DNA of 64,000 bases from an uncultured Thermoleophilaceae bacterium (GTDB lineage: Bacteria; Actinomycetota; Thermoleophilia; Solirubrobacterales; Thermoleophilaceae), in NCBI GenBank assembly GCA_963830065.1, contig CAWHLA010000008.1, forward strand, positions 1-64,000. Direction: 5' to 3'. The notes beneath the pieces were generated by a model that searched no databases, had not been told where the DNA came from, and was given only the letters and a program-made list of their open reading frames with translations. How positions within the stretch are numbered: the stretch's first letter is position 1; every line of letters starts with the position of its first letter. Positions 52,839-62,573 of the stretch are shown in pieces. A program made the translations under genes and the position numbers.

Positions 52839-53905
52839 CCCGCCAGCCGCAGCAGCTCGTCGGCCACCCGCTCCGCGGCGTCGGGCCGCGAGGCGCGGCG
52901 GGCCGCGTGGGACATCTCCGCGAGCTTTGAGGGTGAGCTGAGCAGCGCGCCCACCTCCCGCGACAACCTCGACGCGTCGAGCTCTGAGTCGGGCACCACC
53001 ACTGCCGCCCCCGCCTCGGCCATCAGCTTGGCGTTGCGAGTCTGGTGGTCGGCCGAAGCGTGCGGGTAGGGCACCAGGACCGCCGGCAGGCCCGCCGCGG
53101 CCACTTCCAACACCGAGCCGCCGGCACGAGCCACGGTCAGGTCCGCGGCGGCCAGCGCGTCGGCGAAGGGCTTGATGTAGGCCGACAGGTGGTAGTGGCC
53201 CGGGCTTCCCAGCTTGCTCAGGCGCGCGGCCAAGTCGTCGTAGTCGCGGCGCCCCGAGGCGTGCAGGATCGCGCAGGGCGCTGCCGCACCGAAGGCCTCG
53301 ATGGATGCCTCGTTCAGCGTGCGGGCGCCGATCGACCCGCCGAAGACCAAGAGGCAGGTCTCCTCGGCGCCGATGCCAAAGCGGCGACGCGCGGCGTAGC
53401 GGTCGGCCTCGTTCGTCCCCACGGGCAGGGGACGCCCCGACACCACGAAGCGCGGCTCGTCCCGGCCCTCGAGCGGAAAGGCCAGGAACACCCGCTTGGC
53501 CAGCGGCGCGAGCAGGCGGTTGGAGATGCCCAGGTGGCTGTCGGCCTCCGTGAGCACGAGTGGCTTGCGCAGCGCGGCCGCTGCGAGGCCGACAGGGCCC
53601 GCGACGTAGCCGCCTCCGCCCATCACCGCGTCCGGGCGCAGCCGGCGTAGCAGCTTGACCGACGTCCCCAGCGCCCCCACCGCGAGACCCACCGCCCGCG
53701 CCGCGCGCAGCGGGTTGGTCCGGTCGATGCCGGCCACCTTCAGCGAGTGCAGCGGGTATCCGGCGGCGGGCACGAGCTCGGCCTCGGCCCGCTCCCCGCC
53801 GATGAACTCGACCTCGGCGCCCCTACTGCGCAGCGCGTCGGCGACCGCCAGTGCCGGTACGACGTGCCCCGCCGTCCCGCCCGCGGCTATCACGACCCTT
53901 GGCAT
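52835..53905 (-). CDS. murG: Undecaprenyldiphospho-muramoylpentapeptide beta-N-acetylglucosaminyltransferase
   Basis: MPRVVIAAGGTAGHVVPALAVADAL. Confidence 0.9.
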   Translation of the reverse strand: MPRVVIAAGGTAGHVVPALAVADALRSRGAEVEFIGGERAEAELVPAAGYPLHSLKVAGIDRTNPLRAARAVGLAVGALGTSVKLLRRLRPDAVMGGGGYVAGPVGLAAAALRKPLVLTEADSHLGISNRLLAPLAKRVFLAFPLEGRDEPRFVVSGRPLPVGTNEADRYAARRRFGIGAEETCLLVFGGSIGARTLNEASIEAFGAAAPCAILHASGRRDYDDLAARLSKLGSPGHYHLSAYIKPFADALAAADLTVARAGGSVLEVAAAGLPAVLVPYPHASADHQTRNAKLMAEAGAAVVVPDSELDASRLSREVGALLSSPSKLAEMSHAARRASRPDAAERVADELLRLAG

Positions 53906-55082
53906 CGCGCCCTCCGTCGATGGCTCTCAGGATGGGCTTCCGCTGGGCCCCGCCGACCCGCCCGCCGGTCGCCGCCACGTTGAGCAGGATCCCCATCGCC
54001 CCCAGCAGCACGATCAGGTTCGTCGAGCCGTACGAGATGAAGGGCAGCGGCACGCCGGTGAGCGGCATGAGCCCGAGCACCGCGAAGAAGTTCAGCGTGG
54101 CCTGGCAGAGGATGAGCGAGGTGATCCCGGCGGCGAGCAGCTTGGCGTAGCGGGTCTGGGCGTGCTTCGCGGTGCGCAGCCCCGCGTAGCCGATCATCGC
54201 GTAGAGGAACACCACGCCGAGGATCCCGAGCAGCCCGACCTCCTCGCCGATGATGGCCAGGATCATGTCCGTGTGGGCCTCGGGCAGGTAGAAGATCTTC
54301 TGGACCGACTCGCCCAGCCCGACGCCGAAGAAGCCGCCCGACCCGATCGCCGTCAGCGCCTGGACCGCCTGGAAGCCGGCCCCGCCCGCGTCCGAGAACG
54401 GGTCGAGGAAGCTGGTCAGGCGCTCGCGCCGGTAAGGCTCGGCCAGCGCCAGCATCAGGGCCGCGCCGGCCAGCGCGCCGCCGATCAGGGCGAGGTTGCG
54501 GATGGGCGTGCCGGCAGCGATCAGCAGCGCGCCGATGGAGAAGCAGACGACCATCGTCGTCCCCATGTCCGGCTGCTTCATCAGCAGCGCACACGCCGCG
54601 GCCACCACCAGCAGCAGCGGCTTGAACAAGCCCTTGACGGTCTTCACGGCCCACGGCCGCGAGGCCAGCAGGAAGGCGGCGTACAGGATCAGCGAGACCT
54701 TCAACAGCTCGGATGGCTGGAACTGGAGGGGCCCCGGGCCGATCCAGCGCGTGGCGCCGTTCACGGTCACGCCGATCCCCGGGATCATCACCGCGATGCA
54801 GAGAGCGAATGACGCAGCCAGGGCCACGCCGGTGAAGCGCCGTGCCACCGCCGCCCCGTGGCGGGCCAGGAAGTGCAGCGCCCCGAGGCCGAGCAGCCCG
54901 AAGATCAGGTAGCGCTTGAGGTAGAAGGACGGGTCGCCCGAGCCCTGGAGCAGCGACTCCGCCGACGAAGCGGAGTAGACCATCACCGCCCCCACGGCGA
55001 GCAGGCACATGGTGGCGGTGAGCAGGATCGAGTACTCGACTGGGCGCTTCGCCGATCGCTTCTTGCTCGCCGCCCGGGCCAT
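53823..55082 (-). CDS. ftsW: Peptidoglycan glycosyltransferase FtsW (SEDS family)
   Basis: ...QPSELLKVSLILYAA...GGFFGVGLG... Confidence 0.85.
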   Translation of the reverse strand: MARAASKKRSAKRPVEYSILLTATMCLLAVGAVMVYSASSAESLLQGSGDPSFYLKRYLIFGLLGLGALHFLARHGAAVARRFTGVALAASFALCIAVMIPGIGVTVNGATRWIGPGPLQFQPSELLKVSLILYAAFLLASRPWAVKTVKGLFKPLLLVVAAACALLMKQPDMGTTMVVCFSIGALLIAAGTPIRNLALIGGALAGAALMLALAEPYRRERLTSFLDPFSDAGGAGFQAVQALTAIGSGGFFGVGLGESVQKIFYLPEAHTDMILAIIGEEVGLLGILGVVFLYAMIGYAGLRTAKHAQTRYAKLLAAGITSLILCQATLNFFAVLGLMPLTGVPLPFISYGSTNLIVLLGAMGILLNVAATGGRVGGAQRKPILRAIDGGRDAKGRDSRGRDGGARRTGTGGRRRAAQ

Positions 55083-55112
55083 CCGGGCCTACTTCTACGC
55101 CCGACCCCGGAC

Positions 55113-56342
55113 TCATCCCCGCTCGGAGACCAACTCGCGGAAGTGGGCGCCGCGCTCCTCGTAGTCCGCGTACTGGTCGTACGACGCGCAGGCGGGCGAC
55201 AGCAGCACGACCTCCCCGGGGCCCGCCGCCCGCGCCGCGACGTCCACCGCGGTCGCTAGATCCCCGCACCGATGTATGGGCGCGGCTCCGTCCAAGTCGG
55301 TGGCCAGCTCGTCCTCGGCCTGCCCGATCAGATACAGCGCCCGGCAGCGGCCGGCTGCTTCGCGCAGCCCGCGGAAGCCGCCCCCTTTGAGGCTCCCGCC
55401 CAAGATGGCGTGGACGCCGCCGGGGAACGCAGTCAGGCCCCGCACCGCCGAAGCGACGTTGGTGGCCTTGGAGTCGTTGACGTACACCACGCCGTCCACC
55501 CGACCGACCTCCTCGAGCCGGTGAGGCACACCTGCGAACTCGCGCAGCGCCTCGCGCACGGCGGCCTCGTCCACCCCCATCCCGCGCGCGGCCGCCGTGG
55601 CGGCGCGAGCGTTCTCCAGGTTGTGCTCGCCTCGCAGGGCCAGGTCCTCGGCGCGGATGTCGTCGGCGAAGCTGACCCGCCGAGCGCGGCCGGGGATGTC
55701 CAGGCCCGGCGGCACCACCGCCAGGTCCTCGGAGCCCTGGTTGGCGAAGGCCCGCAGCTTGGCCTCGCGGTAGCGCTCGAGCGTGTGGTGGCGGTCCAGG
55801 TGGTCGGGCTCGAGGTTCAGAAGCACCGCGCACTCGGGCTTGAACGCCGTCGTGTCCTCGAGCTGGAAGCTCGAGCATTCGCACACCACGGTGGCCGCGG
55901 CATCGAGCTCGCCCACCAGCGAGCCCACCGCGGTCCCGACGTTCCCGGCCACCGCGACCGGCTGTCCGGCGGCCTCGTAGATCGCGCCGAGCAGGGACAC
56001 CGTCGTCGTCTTTCCGTTGGTGCCGGTGACCGCGACGAAGCGGTTGGGCAGCAGCCGCCAGGCGAGCTCGAGCTCGCCGTACAGCGCCAGGCCGCGCTCC
56101 AGGGCCCCCGCCACCACCGGTGCCTCGCGCGGGACACCGGGGCTCTTGACCACGGTGGCCACCCGGTCCAGCAGCTCGGTGCCGTCTGTGCCGGCGTGGG
56201 TCTCGACCCCCTCGACCGGCTCCGCGAACCCCGAGTCGGTGGCGATCACCTCGCCGTGCTCGCGGAGCATGGCCGCGGCGGCGCGACCCGAGCGCGCCAG
56301 GCCCACCACCAGGTACGGGCCGGGCGGGAGCGCCGGCCTCAC
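55113..56342 (-). CDS. murD: UDP-N-acetylmuramoylalanine--D-glutamate ligase (GTG start overlapping the mraY stop)
   Basis: YLVVGLARSG...VTGTNGKTTTVSL. Confidence 0.8.
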   Translation of the reverse strand: MRPALPPGPYLVVGLARSGRAAAAMLREHGEVIATDSGFAEPVEGVETHAGTDGTELLDRVATVVKSPGVPREAPVVAGALERGLALYGELELAWRLLPNRFVAVTGTNGKTTTVSLLGAIYEAAGQPVAVAGNVGTAVGSLVGELDAAATVVCECSSFQLEDTTAFKPECAVLLNLEPDHLDRHHTLERYREAKLRAFANQGSEDLAVVPPGLDIPGRARRVSFADDIRAEDLALRGEHNLENARAATAAARGMGVDEAAVREALREFAGVPHRLEEVGRVDGVVYVNDSKATNVASAVRGLTAFPGGVHAILGGSLKGGGFRGLREAAGRCRALYLIGQAEDELATDLDGAAPIHRCGDLATAVDVAARAAGPGEVVLLSPACASYDQYADYEERGAHFRELVSERG

Positions 56343-57313
56343 GTGGACTGCTGGTAGAGCGTGAACCCGATCGCGCTGCAGATCGCCGCCACGATCCAGA
56401 AGCGAAGGATGATCTTCGTCTCCGACCAGGCCATCAGCTCGAAGTGATGGTGGATCGGGGCCATCAGGAACACGCGCTTGCGGAAGCGCTGGAAGGCGAA
56501 CACCTGGATCGCCACCGACAGCGCCTCGATCACGAAGATGCCGCCGATCAGCACCAGTAGCACCTCGGTCTTGGTCATCACCGCAAGCGCGGCCACCGCG
56601 CCGCCCAGCCCCAGCGCCCCGGTGTCCCCCATGAACACCGACGCCGGGAACGAGTTGAACCACAGGAATCCGACGCACGCGCCGACCAGCGCGGCGCACA
56701 GCAGCGCCAGGTCCTCCTGGCCGCTGGTAATGAACGTCATCCCCGTGTACGCCAGCAGGACGATCGCCGCGCAGCCGGCCGCCAGCCCGTCGAGGCCGTC
56801 GGTCAGGTTCACGCCGTTGGTCGCCCCGGCCAGGACCAGGAAGATGAACACCGGGTACAGCAGCCCGAGGTCGATCGAGGCGTCGACCACCCGCAGGCGC
56901 AGCGTGTCCTCGAGGCCGACGTACTGAGTGGCCATGAGCCACAGGCCGATGGCTATCGCCGCCTGGGCCAGCAGCTTGGTGCGGCCCGATATTCCCAGCG
57001 AGCGCTTCTTGCGCTGCTTGGTGAAGTCATCGGCGAAGCCGAGCGCCCCGCAGAGCACCGCGGTCCCGAACACGGCAAGGCTCACCGCGCGGTACTGGCT
57101 AAGCATCAGGAACGGAACGGCGAAGGCGACGAAGATCACCAGCCCACCCATGGTCGGCGTGCCCGCCTTGCCGTGGTGGCCCTCGGGGCCCTCCTCGCGG
57201 ATGTGCTGGCCGAACTCCCGCAGCCGCAGCTGCTCGATGAACTTGGGCCCCAGGAACATGCAGATGAGCAGCGAGGCCATCCCCGCGATCAGGATCTCGC
57301 CCATCCCCCTCAC
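56339..57313 (-). CDS. mraY: Phospho-N-acetylmuramoyl-pentapeptide transferase
   Basis: ...NGVNLTDGLDGLA...PIHHHFE... Confidence 0.9.
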   Translation of the reverse strand: MRGMGEILIAGMASLLICMFLGPKFIEQLRLREFGQHIREEGPEGHHGKAGTPTMGGLVIFVAFAVPFLMLSQYRAVSLAVFGTAVLCGALGFADDFTKQRKKRSLGISGRTKLLAQAAIAIGLWLMATQYVGLEDTLRLRVVDASIDLGLLYPVFIFLVLAGATNGVNLTDGLDGLAAGCAAIVLLAYTGMTFITSGQEDLALLCAALVGACVGFLWFNSFPASVFMGDTGALGLGGAVAALAVMTKTEVLLVLIGGIFVIEALSVAIQVFAFQRFRKRVFLMAPIHHHFELMAWSETKIILRFWIVAAICSAIGFTLYQQST

Positions 57314-58611
57314 GAGCCCAGCACCCGTTCGAGGCCGACCGAGCGCGAGCCCTTGATCAGCACCCGGTCGCCCGGGCGGCTGAGCTCGTCGAGCAGCCCG
57401 GCCGCCTCCTCGGGCTCCCCGACCGAGTGCGCCTCGCCCTCGAAGCCCTCGGCGTACGGGAGCGCCTCGCGCCCCACCGTGACGAGCACGTCGACCCCCT
57501 CGTCGGAGGCGTGACGGCCGATCTCCCGGTGGAAGTCAGCGGCGTCGGGGCCCAGCTCGGCCATCTGACCGAGGACCGCCAACCGCCGCTGCGCCGAGCT
57601 GCGGGCCAGGTGCGATAGCGCCGCGCGCATCGACATCGGGTTGGCGTTGTAGCAGTCGTTGACCACGGTAACCCCGCCGGGGAGCTCGACGATCTCCCCG
57701 CGCATGGACGAGAAAGCAGGCTCCACCGGGCCCTCCGGGGTGATGTCGAGCGCCCGCGCCGCGGCCACCCCGGCCAGCATGTTGAGCAGGTTGTGGGGCT
57801 CCTCGAAGGCGGGCTCGAGCACCATCCGCTCCCCACGGGCCTCGACCTCCGCCCTTCCGCCCTCGAAGGAGATCAGCGACACGTCGCCGCCCGGTCCGAA
57901 GGTCCAGTTGTCCAGGTCGTCGCGGCGGTGGGCATCCAGAAGCGGCTCCTCGGCCGGCAGGACGCAGCTCGCGCCCGGCTGCAGGTCGCGCACCAGCTCC
58001 GCCTTGGCCGCGGCCACGCGCTCGACCGTGCCCAGGAGCTCGAGGTGCACCGGCCCCACGTTCACGATCACGCCCACGTCGGGCTCGGCCACCGCGACCA
58101 GCTCGGCGATCTGCTCCTCGCCGCGCATGGCCATCTCGAGCACCAGCGCCTCCGTCTCGGGCGGCGCCTCCAGGATCGTCAGCGGCAGCCCGATCTCGGT
58201 GTTGAGGTTCTGGCGGTTGGCGTGGGTGCGCAGGTGCGGAGTGAGCAGCGCGAGCAGGATGTCCTTCGTCGACGTCTTGCCGGTGGAGCCGGTGATGCCG
58301 ATCACCCGCGCGCCGAGCTCGCGGCGCCACGCGCGCGCGAGTGCCTGCAGCGCCGCAAGGGGGTCCTCGGTGGTGAGCACGGTGCCCGCCAGCTCGGCGT
58401 GGCTCGGCGTGACCAGCGCTCCCCACGCCCCCTGCTCCAGCGCTCGCGCGGCGAACTCCCCGCCGTCGTTGTTCTCGCCTCTGAGCCCCACGAACAGGTC
58501 GCCGGGGCCGGCTTCGCGGGAGTCGATCACCGCCCGCTCGGGGCCCGGCGCGCTCGCGTCTCCGCGTAGCGCCGCCCCCGTCGCCTCCGCCACCCAGCCG
58601 GCTGTCTTCAT
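57310..58611 (-). CDS. murF: UDP-N-acetylmuramoyl-tripeptide--D-alanyl-D-alanine ligase
   Basis: MKTAGWVAEATGA...ITGSTGKTSTKD. ATGA overlap with murE. Confidence 0.85.
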   Translation of the reverse strand: MKTAGWVAEATGAALRGDASAPGPERAVIDSREAGPGDLFVGLRGENNDGGEFAARALEQGAWGALVTPSHAELAGTVLTTEDPLAALQALARAWRRELGARVIGITGSTGKTSTKDILLALLTPHLRTHANRQNLNTEIGLPLTILEAPPETEALVLEMAMRGEEQIAELVAVAEPDVGVIVNVGPVHLELLGTVERVAAAKAELVRDLQPGASCVLPAEEPLLDAHRRDDLDNWTFGPGGDVSLISFEGGRAEVEARGERMVLEPAFEEPHNLLNMLAGVAAARALDITPEGPVEPAFSSMRGEIVELPGGVTVVNDCYNANPMSMRAALSHLARSSAQRRLAVLGQMAELGPDAADFHREIGRHASDEGVDVLVTVGREALPYAEGFEGEAHSVGEPEEAAGLLDELSRPGDRVLIKGSRSVGLERVLGS

Positions 58612-60083
58612 CGCAGCCGCTCCCGGAGTGCCTCGCGGGCCACGGTCACGTCGTCGAAGGGCTCCTTGCGGCCGTTCTCGAACTCCTGGCCCTGCTCGTG
58701 GCCCTTGCCGGCGATCACCACCACGTCGCCGTCCTGCGCCTCGGCGATCGCGCGGCCGATGGCACGGCGGCGGTCGGTCTCGCGCTCGGCGTCCGGCCCG
58801 GCGCCCTCCATCACCTGGTCGACGATCGCTTCCGGATCCTCCGAGCGCGGGTTGTCGGAGGTCACCAGGACGCGGTCGGCCAGCTCCCGCGCAGCGGCGC
58901 CCATCAGCGGCCGCTTGGCGGTGTCGCGGTCGCCGCCGGCTCCGAACACCACCGCCAGCCTCCCGTCGGTCACCTCGCGCGCGGCGCGCAGGACGTTGTC
59001 CAGCGAGTCGGGCGTGTGCGCGTAGTCCACCAGCACGCCGAAGGCCTGACCCTCGTCGACCGGCTCGAACCGCCCCGGCACCCGCCCGAATCCCTCGAGC
59101 GCTTCTCCGGCGGCCCGCAGGTCGGTGCCCAGCGCGTGCACGGCCGCCAGCGCGCACAGGGCGTTCTGGACGTTGAACAACCCCGGCAGGGGAACGCGCA
59201 GCCCCAGCTCGCCCTCCGGAGTGACGCAGGTGAAGGTTGAGCCGGTGAGGTCGAAGCGGACGTCGCGCGCGTGGAAGTCGGCCTCGCGGTGCACGCCGAT
59301 CGTGGTCGACTCGACCTCGCTCGCGATCCGCCGCCCGTACTCGTCGTCCACGTTGACCACCGAGGAGGGGCCGGAGGCCACGTCCGCCCGGCGCGAAGCG
59401 CCCAGCTCCGGCTCGTCGAACAGACGCCGCTTCGCCGCGAAGTAGGCGTCCATCGTGTCGTGGAAGTCCAGGTGGTCCTGGGTGAGGTTGGTGAACACGC
59501 GAACCGCGAACGTGATCCCGCCCGCCCGGCCCAGGTCCAGCGCATGGGAGGAGACCTCCATCGCGCACGCTTGGTCGCCGTCGGCGAGCATGCGGGCGAA
59601 GGTGGCCTGGAGGTCCACCGCCTCCGGGGTGGTGCGCTCGACCTCCTCCTCGCGACCGCCCACCACGCTCTTGACCGTGCCCAGCAGCCCGCACTGGGTG
59701 CCGGTCTTCTCCAGCAGGTGGCGAACCAGGAACGCCGTGGTGGTCTTGCCGTTGGTGCCCGTGATCCCGACCACCTTCAGCCGGGCCGTCGGGTCGCCGT
59801 GGAAGGCCGCCGCGGCGGGGCCCATCGCCTCGCGCACGCTGGGCACGACCACCTCGGGCACCCCGAGGTCGAGCGGCCGCTCGCACACCAGCGCCGCTGC
59901 CCCGCGCTCCACGGCGTCGGGCGCAAAGTCGTGGCCGTCGGCCCGAAAGCCCGGCACACAGAAGAAGAGGGCCCCGGGACGCACGGCGGCGCTCGAGTAC
60001 GCCAGGGCCGTGATGTCGACCGGCGGCACCCCGGGCCCGAGGAGCTCGCGCAGGTCCACCGCGGGTGAGTCTAGGCGGGTCAC
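58608..60083 (-). CDS. murE: UDP-N-acetylmuramoyl-L-alanyl-D-glutamate--2,6-diaminopimelate ligase
   Basis: ...ITGTNGKTTTAFL...DNPR... Intact 491 aa. Confidence 0.9.
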   Translation of the reverse strand: MTRLDSPAVDLRELLGPGVPPVDITALAYSSAAVRPGALFFCVPGFRADGHDFAPDAVERGAAALVCERPLDLGVPEVVVPSVREAMGPAAAAFHGDPTARLKVVGITGTNGKTTTAFLVRHLLEKTGTQCGLLGTVKSVVGGREEEVERTTPEAVDLQATFARMLADGDQACAMEVSSHALDLGRAGGITFAVRVFTNLTQDHLDFHDTMDAYFAAKRRLFDEPELGASRRADVASGPSSVVNVDDEYGRRIASEVESTTIGVHREADFHARDVRFDLTGSTFTCVTPEGELGLRVPLPGLFNVQNALCALAAVHALGTDLRAAGEALEGFGRVPGRFEPVDEGQAFGVLVDYAHTPDSLDNVLRAAREVTDGRLAVVFGAGGDRDTAKRPLMGAAARELADRVLVTSDNPRSEDPEAIVDQVMEGAGPDAERETDRRRAIGRAIAEAQDGDVVVIAGKGHEQGQEFENGRKEPFDDVTVAREALRERLR

Positions 60084-60092
60084 CGGCGCTTT

Positions 60093-60134
60093 ACGGACTT
60101 TGTCCCGGCCGCCACGGACTTGGCCCCGGCCGCC
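60093..60134. repeat. Tandem 21-bp near-identical repeat in the 224-bp murE-ftsI intergenic region
   Basis: acggactttgtcccggccgcc / acggacttggccccggccgcc. The same gap holds the hairpins cgtgtg-tgtggcg-cacacg (60228-60246) and gcgcccccc-ctcagc-ggggggcg (60298-60322). Confidence 0.35.
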
Positions 60135-60307
60135 AGGCCGCGGGTCCTGTCAGCGGAATGTTCCTTGCACTCGTGCCCTTCGGGCACGGGCAAGTTGCTT
60201 CCGCTGCCACCCGCGGAAGGGGCGTGTGTGTGGCGCACACGTTTCCGCAAACTCGTCAGTCGGCTGAGGACTTTTTCGGAGGGTGTGCGCGGTTCCCGCG
60301 CCCCCCC

Positions 60308-61948
60308 TCAGCGGGGGGCGATCTTCAGGTAGGGCAGCGCGAAGTCCATGATCTGCTCGAAGGCCGGGGCGGCGACCGTGCCGCCGAAGATGTCGCCCTT
60401 CGGCTCGTCGACCATGACGGCCACCAGGAGGCGCGGGTCGCCGACCGGCGCGTAGCCGATGAACGAGGCCACGAACTTGTCCTTGGAGTAGCCGCCGCGG
60501 GGGTCGGCCTTCTCGGCCGTGCCGGTCTTGCCGGCCAGGCGATACCCCTTGACCTTGGCCTCCTGAGCGGTGCCGCCCGGGCCGAGGACGCCCTCCAGCA
60601 TCGACGAGACCCGGCCGGCGGTGCGCTTGGAAAGCACCCGCCACCCCTGCCGGCCGTTGCCCTGAACGATGTAGGGCGCGTGGGCGACGCCGCCGTTGGC
60701 GATCGCCGAGTAGGCGGTTGCCATCTGCACCGGGGTGACGGCGATGCCCTGGCCGATCGGCAGGTTGCCCATCGACGAGCCCGAGTACTGGCTCGGCTTG
60801 GGAACGATGCCCGTGGCCTCGCCCGGCAGGTCGACGTTCGTGCCCTTGCCGAAGCCGAAGCGCCGCACCCAGCGGTCGAAGCGCTCGGGGCCCAGCTCCA
60901 TGCCGATCTTCACCGAGCCGACGTTCGACGACTGGGCCAGGATGTCCCCCACCGTGAGCGTCACCTGCCCGCGCGGATGGGACTCCTTGATCTCGCGGTC
61001 GGCCACCTGCAGCGTGGGCGGCAGGTCGAACTCGGACTGTGGCTCGATCAGCTTCTCCTCCAGCGCGCCGGCGACCGTGAAGGGCTTGAAGGTCGAGCCC
61101 GGCTCGTAGTTGGCCGCCACCGCCCGGTTCTGGCGGGCGTAGGCCGGGGCCTCGCCGACGTCGTTGCCGTCCACGCGCGGCCAGTTGGCCAGCGCCAGCA
61201 CCTGGCCGCTGCGCGGGTCCATGACCATCGCGGTCGCCCCCCGCGGGCGGTACTTCTGCCCCACCTGTCCCAGCACCGTCTCGGTGCGGGCCTGGATGGC
61301 AGCGTCGAGCGTCAGGCGCAGGTTGCGGCCCGCGCGGGAGCGCTCGGTCTCGACGATCTGGACCGGCTCGCCCATCGCGTCCTTGACCAGGCGGCGCTTG
61401 CCGTCCTCGCCGCCGAGGGTTCGCTCGCGTGACTGCTCGAGGCCCGACAACCCGTACCCATCGGTGCCCACGCTGCCCAGCAGCTGGGAGGCCAGCGCCC
61501 GCTGCGGATAGGTGCGCCGCGGCTCGGAGACCGTGCCGATCCCCTCCAGCTTGAGCTTCTTGATCCGGTCGCCGTTCGCCGGGTCGAGCTTGCGCTTGAG
61601 GTAGACGAAGCCGCTCTTCTTGTCGGCCAGCTTCTCCAGCAGATCCTGCTCGGGCAGGCCGACCAGTGGGGAGAGCTTCTCCGCCATCTTGGAGGGCTCT
61701 TTGATCAGGAACGGGTTGGCGAACACGGTCACCGCCTCCTCGGAGACGGCGAGCTCCACCCCGTGACGGTCGAAGATGGTGCCCCGCCGGGCGGGCACGT
61801 CGAGGTCCTCGACCTGCTGGCTGACCGCGCGGTCCGACAGCTCGCCGGCCTTGACGGTCGAGAGCCAGGTGGCGCGGACGACGGCGAGGGCGAGGAGGGC
61901 CAGGAAGAGCGCGAAGAGCAGGCCGATGCGGCGCTCGAGGAGTTGCAA
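60308..61948 (-). CDS. ftsI: Penicillin-binding protein / peptidoglycan D,D-transpeptidase FtsI
   Basis: ...STFKPFTVAGALEE...SSN...KTGTA. Confidence 0.85.
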   Translation of the reverse strand: MQLLERRIGLLFALFLALLALAVVRATWLSTVKAGELSDRAVSQQVEDLDVPARRGTIFDRHGVELAVSEEAVTVFANPFLIKEPSKMAEKLSPLVGLPEQDLLEKLADKKSGFVYLKRKLDPANGDRIKKLKLEGIGTVSEPRRTYPQRALASQLLGSVGTDGYGLSGLEQSRERTLGGEDGKRRLVKDAMGEPVQIVETERSRAGRNLRLTLDAAIQARTETVLGQVGQKYRPRGATAMVMDPRSGQVLALANWPRVDGNDVGEAPAYARQNRAVAANYEPGSTFKPFTVAGALEEKLIEPQSEFDLPPTLQVADREIKESHPRGQVTLTVGDILAQSSNVGSVKIGMELGPERFDRWVRRFGFGKGTNVDLPGEATGIVPKPSQYSGSSMGNLPIGQGIAVTPVQMATAYSAIANGGVAHAPYIVQGNGRQGWRVLSKRTAGRVSSMLEGVLGPGGTAQEAKVKGYRLAGKTGTAEKADPRGGYSKDKFVASFIGYAPVGDPRLLVAVMVDEPKGDIFGGTVAAPAFEQIMDFALPYLKIAPR

Positions 61949-61949
61949 G

Positions 61950-62573
61950 CTAGCCGGTGCCCGGGGTGGCGGTTGCGGGCGGCGCCGGCGTGGACGGTGC
62001 CGGGGGCACGGCCGGGGCCTGCGGCGTGGTCACCGGCGCGGGACTCGGGGTGGCTACCGGCGCGGGCGTCGTCGCCGGCGCCGGCGTGGGCGTCGTGGTC
62101 GGCGCCGGAGTAGCGACCTGGGTGGGAGCGGGCTGCTCAGCCTTGGCGGGTTGCCTCAGGTTGGCCAGCGCGCGCTTGGCGTTTCGGTCGGAGACGTCCT
62201 TGAAGCGCACGTCGCCCGGAGAGGGCAGGACCAGCCCGCGCTGCAGAGCGGCCTTCTGCACGCGTTCGCTGGACCCGAGGCGCGCCAGTTCGCCGCGAAG
62301 CCGCGCGTTCTCGCGCGAGACCGCTTCCGACTGCTCGCTGGTGACGGCGATGCTCCGGTTGAGCCGCAGCAGGTCGACGTTGAAGAACACGATGCCGGCC
62401 AGCAGCACCCCCACCAGCGCGATCCAGGCGCGTCCCTGGAGCAACGCGTCGAGCACGCTCTCTCCGCGGGCGCGCACCGCGCGCGGGACGTCGCGCGGCG
62501 GAGCGATGCGGGACCGCGGACGGCGGACCGGGCGTGGGGCGACGGCGGCGCCGGCGCGAGCGGTGCGGGCCAT
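61950..62573 (-). CDS. ftsL: FtsL-like septum protein with a Pro/Thr/Ala-rich C-terminal tail
   Basis: TM helix AWIALVGVLLAGIVFFNV, a coiled region, then PAPTTTPTPAPATTPAPVATPSPAPV. Confidence 0.55.
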   Translation of the reverse strand: MARTARAGAAVAPRPVRRPRSRIAPPRDVPRAVRARGESVLDALLQGRAWIALVGVLLAGIVFFNVDLLRLNRSIAVTSEQSEAVSRENARLRGELARLGSSERVQKAALQRGLVLPSPGDVRFKDVSDRNAKRALANLRQPAKAEQPAPTQVATPAPTTTPTPAPATTPAPVATPSPAPVTTPQAPAVPPAPSTPAPPATATPGTG

